From: Trichoplax adhaerens | Taxonomy: Eukaryota > Animalia > Placozoa | Reading direction: 5' to 3' | Assembly (NCBI RefSeq): GCF_000150275.1 | Contig: NW_002060978.1 | Span: forward strand, 62,001-126,000 | Length of the DNA: 64,000 bases | Shown here: positions 56,760-64,000 of the stretch, in pieces | Layout: every line of letters begins with the position of its first letter | Position numbering within the stretch: the stretch's first letter is position 1 | The notes under the pieces: model-generated | Database searches by the model: none | Seen by the model: the letters and a program-made list of their open reading frames with translations, nothing else | Told to the model about the DNA's origin: nothing | Position numbers and translations under genes: made by a program

Positions 56760-57450
56760 CCAAGTACTTGTTATTACAGGTAAGCTATCCATGCCCTAAT
56801 CGAAACTTTAATTTTAGTGTGAGCGTTTTCATTGCAGATAATAAAAAGTGCATATCCGTGTAATAAAAAAAAATTTTTTAAAGGTATATCATAAATACTG
56901 GCGGGCAGCTTATTCTCTAAGAAGAAAATAGATTCGCCAAGGACTTGTACATCCCCGAGTTAATGGCTTATTAGAGTATTCAAGCGAAGTATACTCTGAG
57001 CTCAAACTTTAATTTCATTATGAGAGCCGTTATTATGGATTATCGTACCGTTGTAAGTGAAAATGGTGACAATAAAAACTTTAATTTCAATCCATGGACT
57101 TTAACGGGCAATTTATCGAAATAGATAATCTACGGATCTATTGAAACAGGCAAGCTCTTCATGCCCTAATTTCAAAGTCAAGTTTTAATATGAGTGCTGT
57201 TATTACGGATTAACGGTACTTGCTATCATAAGTGGGTACAATAACAAAAATATCATCAGTGGTATACCGTAAATACCAAAGGACTATTATCTAGGAAGAA
57301 GGTAGTATCGCAAAGGATTTATTTTAGCAGTTAAGCTGCGCATACTCTTATGTTAAACTTTAGTTTCGAAGCAGGAGCTGTTATTAAAGATTTTTGTTCC
57401 GTTATAAGTGGAAAATAAGGATCTGAAACATTTTAAAGGTATATTATATA
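56760..57450. repeat. Degenerate ~180-190 bp tandem repeat
   Basis: ACAGG(T/C)AAGCT.T.CATGCCCTAAT at about 56776 and 57146; AAACTTTA.TTT..GAG..GTTATTA..GATT at about 56803, 57004, 57180 and 57355. Confidence 0.6.
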
Positions 57451-60400
57451 TATCATCAGTTTATCGCTCATTAAAGTAGAGAACAATATCGAGGACTGTT
57501 ATTGTTGTGCACAAATTAAAATTTTATTGTAGTATTTAAACTGCTATTTTTATGTTTTGGTCTCCTTATCGACCATCTTGAAACAGAACCATAGATACTA
57601 AACAACAAACGTTGATCAAAATTGATCTGCTACACTATCGGGAATTCGTTAAGCTTCCCAAGTGTATAAAATGCACCATCATATTTCCTTTCGTAGCGAT
57701 AAGTCGAACTATTTCGCTTGATTAAGTAAAATAGCTACTCGAAATTGCAATGATATGATCATATGAGGAATAAAAGAAATGATGGCACGTCAAACCAGTT
57801 CCTTCATGTTCAAAAGTAATGCAAGAGCAGCCCTATCGCAATTATTACAATTTATTTGCTAGAATGATTGATAATAAAGTTGAAATAATGCAAATTACAG
57901 ACGGTTGAATACATAAAATAAATAATTACTATGTTTAATACCAAATCGAGATATTAAAATTCAATTATTATCGCATGATAAACATGGTTTACTCTCACAC
58001 TAGTAATAAACACAATTATCTCTATCATTAGCCTGAACAGCAATCAAACTTGTACAAATATTAGCGTATCGTTTGTATCGGATTAATAATTATTATGAAC
58101 ATACGGGCAACACCCAGTTGATAAAAAATTATTTCTAATGACAGGAAATAGCGATTCAGTTATTTCATAGAGAGCATTAGATATTGTAAATTATACAACT
58201 GTGAATGATCATTGCATCATATAGTAACACTAGGGAGGAAATATATTGATGATGGGAATCAGCTTAGGAAAATGACCTTAGTATCTATCACTAAACTATT
58301 GTGAAGAGATTAACATGTAATCTGCTTATTTACTTTTCATCTTCATAAACAATGAAAATTCAATATGGTTAAACGTAGGTGAATGACGAGTAAAACATTT
58401 AGCCAAGGTCGAATAAAGTATTTGCACAAAGTTATTTAGTTAACTTTTAAATGTAACTATAACGACATAAAAATATTTTTATTTCCTTTGATAGAATGCA
58501 ATTTAAGGCTTAAGATAAACCACTACTAAGCTTCAAGGTCAACATCTTGATGAATGAATAAAACAAAATATTTTAAAATATTACGAAATTAAAATATCGC
58601 TGTTTTTAGGTTTATACTTATGAAATTAAATATTTTTATGTTTTCATAAATACTTTATGTCATTCAACTTGAGTAAGATTAAGAAGTTTTTAATTCGATT
58701 TTACCTTCATTTTATAGCTTTGTGTGCCACTTAAAAGAAAAAGTTAATGTTCATAGAATATAGGCTGAAAAGATAATGTTTTTCATTGATGAAGCATGAA
58801 AGAACTATAAGTGTTTTTTGCTGAACTCTTGATTGGATTACATCTAAAGTTTTGTATTTCAGTCTTTCGTTTACTTGTGACAAAATCATTAATGATCTTC
58901 TTAGGATAGTTATAATTAGTATCTACTGTATAAATTGGATACTAGACACAGAAAGAAATTGTAAATATTGAAAAACTTGGATTTACTCTTATTCTATCTC
59001 AATTTTTAGGATCAAAATAGAATTTTTAGTTTATTCCCGGAAACTTTTAATTTACTTAAGTAGAAAATTTAGTAATTTCTAAATGATATCATTGAGCATA
59101 ATATTATGGTAAAAATGTCGTCTGTTATATAAATGTATTCGTTAATCTTCTACTTTACCGTTTATCACATTTTTAGTTTGAAAATAATGAGAGATTCAGT
59201 TATTTATTGATAGAAATCATTTTATAAATGATATCGTGAAATAGTGTTATTAATGATTTTAATGACAATACATTTAGAAATTTTTGGTGCTATAAGTATT
59301 TTAGTAAATTAATGATACAGTCTTCTATCGAGAAATAGATCCCAAACTTACTTACAAATCAAGTGCTAAGAACTATTAACTATTGCACTTTAACCAGAAA
59401 ATTTGGATATCGAATAGTCAATAATTGCGAAGTAAGCTTCACATTTAACATTTATAGCTAGAATATTTTTGCCGGTTTCAGTCCCCTTATCTAAGAAAAG
59501 TAGGAATTCATCTATCGCTATAATTTAGTACGATATATTATTATATTATTAATAATATGAGTTCCAAGAAGTAGAATGCTATTTATTTACGAACTGAAGT
59601 AATTTTATAATTGGTTTATTGGTTTTGCATAGTATGAGAAGCTTAAATTTAAGTTAGTAGTTAGCCAATCATTTTGAAATGAAATAGCATTACATAAGAG
59701 AATTATTGAAATTATATACGAATACATTATTTCGAGAACACTGGCTAATTTATAGACTTTGTTTGGTTGATTAGGCGTGACTTGGGCAGTTAAGATTAAA
59801 GAATTAGTAAACACATGACATTGAAATTAATAAATAGTAAGATGCTGAAAAGCATTTTTGGATTATATTTATACTGCTTCCATAGTAAATTGATTTATAG
59901 ACTGAAATGTGTATACCTTATTGAAAATATGTATTATTCAAATGAAATTGAAAGAATTAATGCATTAATATTAAAATTAATATCAAAGGGCTGCATATGC
60001 AATTCCGTAAACATGTGACATAAATGTAACCTTCATTGCTCTATTTTTACAACGGCCTTTCTCCTAATATTGCAGCGAAATACTGAAAAATAGCCAGCAG
60101 GGGCGAAATATAACAATGAAAACTCCAATTTACTTACAGCTTGAAATTTTTATGATCGATTGCGCCTGTTTAAACTGTTACATAATCTTACTCTAAGGGC
60201 GAATCAAAAAAATATAATCGTTACTGATTAAATACGATAGTTAGATGTCGAATTACATTACATTGTAAATTAATTTTTTTCAATTCACAAAATGATTCAG
60301 TTTAGTCCATGTAGTGTATTTAGTTTCACTGTAGTTTTTAGACATGTTCGTAAATATAGACATTTCGTTATGTTCCGAATATAGATACCTCTAAAGTCTA

Positions 60401-62835
60401 TTTCAACTATGCTTAAATATAGCTTGTCGTATTTAGTAATTTGTAGCACCTACAGTCTTGGCTATTTCCTACACCCATGCACTATTATATAGTCTGTTTA
60501 TGGTATATGATGTATCTAATTCTATAATACTGTTCTCTGCATATGTTCTCTCTCTAAAACTATAAATACTGATGATTTCTGCCTCAGATTCATTCAGTTG
60601 CACTATTGGTCGTAGTAGTACTTCCTCACTTTACTTCACGACGGCTTACACGCTGATCTACCGTAACTACCGCATTGTACCTCCATTACTATCTACAATA
60701 AAGTATTCACCTTTATTAAAATCCCTTGCATATTTTCTGTGAATGGCTACTAAGCCCGTAGCCGCTGATTCATCCAACCCACCATCATAGTCCATATCAT
60801 ATTTAGGCAAATAATAAGGTATATTAGGTAAAAGTAAAAGATTATTATGAAATTTATTAATTAATAAAACTAAAGCTGATTTTAAAATACTGTATAGTAA
60901 AGCTACAGAACTCATCCTAATCAAAGACTATTAAATATTATTAAGAGAAAGTAATATAGTCGAATATACTTTCTCTTTCATAATAACTTCACAAAGAAAC
61001 TACCGGTTTATATTTAATAAACTAACGAGGAAAAATTTTTTCATGTATTAAGTATACATTGAATTTCCTCCTTTCGGTTATTATGTTATTATATTGAGTA
61101 CGTAATCATATCATGAATATTATTGAGCTATATATTTAACTCTATGGCAGAAATATCCATTACTCTATAAATCGATGCTTTCATGCTAGTATCAAATTCT
61201 TGCAAGATTGTTTACAGAAATATGCCTCTTAGTATTTCTATTACAAGATCTATGTTGTATCATAGAACAGAGCTAGATGGCATGCATGTAATGCAAATGA
61301 GAATTTATTTGCCTACTGTCAATATAGAACAACGCTACATTAAATCCTTATCTGGAATAAACGGGTGGGATTAAGATTAGGATAAAAGGAAATCCGTATA
61401 ATTTATCCGCTTTTGATAAAAATGTAAATAGGTTTGCTGAAAATTGTTATCATCTTGACGCCTATACTTATTGACACAGCTGGAGCCAAACCTATTTAGA
61501 TTATGCAAATAGGAAGGTTTCACAATCCAACTTGGTTAGTCTTCTAGACAATGTGAATATCGTATGATCTCGGCAATTGCCTCCATATTAACTTTATTAA
61601 GCACCTAAGGTCACAGTTAAGAATCTCAGTGAAGGTCGATATTGTATCCTGTTGACTATATCAAATAGAATAATGAAGCTCAACTAATAAACAACGTTAA
61701 TTCTAGTTTCTGCTTAGGTCAATTTGATTGTTAAAGTCATGCATCAATCGCCATGGAGTATTTAATTTTTAAATATTCAATATTACCCTACCTGATGACT
61801 GTAGCTAAAGTTAATTATTACCTAAGGTTATCATTTAAAACTGCTATATTTAACACATTAATTTATTTTGCATGACATTAGCTGATGGGCTTGCATGCAT
61901 TTATTTTTGCCTATAAGCTATTATCTATGCTTACCATCTACTTTAAAATTCATGAATTCCATCAGAGATAAATTAAAGGATACCTTGAATAGATTTATAA
62001 TCGGTGTTGACTAATTTATCTTTGTTCATTATTGCTAGACTTATCTTCTATATTATCAATCTAATTTCTACAATAACCGATAGTTGCTATTTTACTTTTG
62101 CATGAGTAATATGTGCAATTTTCTGCTTTAGAAAGATATTTATTGTGTAGAGATCTCTGGTATATAGGCTTTCAGTCGGTACTTTAGTGTCATATTGATC
62201 GTTATCAAGTAATTCAAATTTTATTATTAAAAAATACAAACCGATTTTTAATATCACTATAATCGACGAAAACGAATTTTATTTGCGTGCTAGAGTTTGG
62301 TCTCGACATTAATTTCAATATTTTATCATAGAACTATTCTAAATTAAAAATGCTTTGGGTAGCTTGTTGAAGATAATTTCCCGACTAGACTGCTTATCGA
62401 TTAAGTAGCAGTATAATCCATCAACCATTTAGTTTTCTTGTAATTTGTTGGTGAAATTATCATCTCTGAAGAATTTATTCACATCATTAATTTCTTGACA
62501 ATCTACATCTTTCAATATTTTATTTAGCATAATCCCGAAAAGTTCCATCTGTTACTTCATACCGTCTTGGCTAAGATTTTCTGTCTAATCGTAATTGCAG
62601 TATTGTTATCATCAAGCGACATTGCCAATTTGCTTCCAATCATCGAGATCATAAACTGTATCACACTGCTTTTACTGGAATTTAATTTACTGTTCCTTTG
62701 TGAAAAAAGTAATTGCCTATCTAAAATAATTAAGATAACTTGATATCTTGCTCAAAGTCATATTCAATATATTACTACATAAACCACCAAATAGCATTGA
62801 TTAGAACTGAAACTACGGATTTAGAAAGTAATAAC

Positions 62836-64000
62836 ATGAATGAAAGCCGGAACCCCAACATTTTCATCAATGAAACACTATCTGCTAATGTTCTTCCAAT
62901 ATTGCAGGCATGTTATGCTACTACAGCCTTTCTAGCTGTTACTAGTAATGCCTTAATCTGCTTTCTTCTTGGTCGTCGGAAAAAAATAATGCGTCAATCA
63001 TCCAATAAATTTATCTTTGGTTTGTCAGTCAGTGGTTTAATTGAAGCTTGCATCTTATTTTTAATGCCTTCCTTTATTATTCCAATCGCAGATTACATCC
63101 TTCCAAAAGGATTAGCTGGAGATATATTCTGTCGACTGATATCATCGGAATATCTGCTTCATGTACCATGCTATCTATCAGTGCAGATGATTGCCTCCAT
63201 GGGTATTGAACGTTGGTATGCTGTCGTTAAACCAACTAAATACAAAAGAGTCTTTAGTAGACGCAATACATCTACGTTATTATTTACCCTGGTGGCTCTA
63301 TCCTTTGCTTGGCCAGTCGATTATATCTTACGTGACTCTCATATATCAAATCAATCGAAGTTATACAGCCCATGCCAAATAATTGCTAGACCAATTGATT
63401 TCATGCTATTCTTTATTTTGGAGACTTTCCGTCTCTATCTCCCCTTAATGATAACCATATTCTGTTATGTCGATATTTCTCGACGCACGGGTAAAACCAA
63501 CAGTTTATCTTCGCTAAAAGTCCGTGGCCCGGGTGCAGACTGGATCATGATTCGCAGGAATATTAAAGCAGTAATCAGAAGAAAATTAACTTATATGGCA
63601 TTTATCTCATTTATCGTTTTTGTTGTATGTTGGCTACCTCGCTTAGTATATCAAGTTCTAATTATATTTAAATTGGTCTCACTTAGTGATTACTATATCA
63701 TGAAGCGCGTAGTATTATTGCCAATCGTCTTTAATGCCTTTCTAAATCCCGTCATCTATGCATCTACCAATGATACCATTAGGAAACAGTTAGGTCTGAA
63801 GACATCCTTACGATATCCACGAGTCCGCCAACCAACACATCTACCTATCATCGGTAGTGGTATATTTGGCTTAGGAAATCGTCGTGGATCTATGGCGCCT
63901 CTCTTTAGTCCACAATCACTCGGACGTTTCTCGATTTCGCGTCGTAAGAGACGAATTGACATCATGGAAGCTTTAGATTCTGAAACAAGTACTGTGACTG
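62836..64000 (+). CDS. Intronless rhodopsin-like (class A) GPCR, 3' end beyond window
   Basis: Open frame MNESRNPNIFINETLSANV.. to window end (388 codons, no stop, so absent from ORF track): TM1 ..TSNALI, TM3 FCRL..IERWYAVVKP, TM5 LPLMITIFCY, TM6 FVVCWLP, TM7 NAFLNPVIY; N-terminal NxS/T sequons. Confidence 0.93.
   Translation, partial: MNESRNPNIFINETLSANVLPILQACYATTAFLAVTSNALICFLLGRRKKIMRQSSNKFIFGLSVSGLIEACILFLMPSFIIPIADYILPKGLAGDIFCRLISSEYLLHVPCYLSVQMIASMGIERWYAVVKPTKYKRVFSRRNTSTLLFTLVALSFAWPVDYILRDSHISNQSKLYSPCQIIARPIDFMLFFILETFRLYLPLMITIFCYVDISRRTGKTNSLSSLKVRGPGADWIMIRRNIKAVIRRKLTYMAFISFIVFVVCWLPRLVYQVLIIFKLVSLSDYYIMKRVVLLPIVFNAFLNPVIYASTNDTIRKQLGLKTSLRYPRVRQPTHLPIIGSGIFGLGNRRGSMAPLFSPQSLGRFSISRRKRRIDIMEALDSETSTVT

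Noticed and set aside
55400-62800. Short ORFs in the gene-poor interval (56295-56495, 59605-59814, 59815-60018, 61183-61374)
   Set aside because: AT-driven I/L/N/K-rich translations without motifs or consistent splice structure.
63191-63965. ORF-track entries 63191-63382 (+) and 63756-63965 (-)
   Set aside because: Alternative frames inside the GPCR coding sequence.

Overview
AT-rich, intron-rich eukaryotic DNA with short GT-AG introns; compact gene packing and gene content suggest an early-branching animal, probably a placozoan such as Trichoplax (inference, not verified). 1-28.6 kb: three tandem + strand paralogues of a MUC4/SUSD2-like type-I membrane glycoprotein (signal peptide, S/T-rich segment, NIDO, AMOP, GDPH-vWD, Ig-like, about 7 EGF/cbEGF, SEA-like module, TM, short tail). 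Copy 1 is 5'-truncated by the window. Each copy is followed about 200 nt after its stop codon by the same ~110-nt conserved, covarying hairpin element, the most interesting unexplained signal here. 30-53 kb: alternating-strand genes VPS36(-), AASDHPPT(+), AIFM1(-), TUSC3/MAGT1(+, with a clear U12-type intron) and an unrecognised coiled-coil gene(-), with motif- and repeat-rich divergent promoters. 54.5-62.8 kb: gene-poor, with Helitron-like 3' ends and degenerate repeats. 62.8-64 kb: an intronless class A GPCR that runs off the window and is absent from the ORF track. Exon boundaries were read by eye and may be off by a few nt; no database searches were run.
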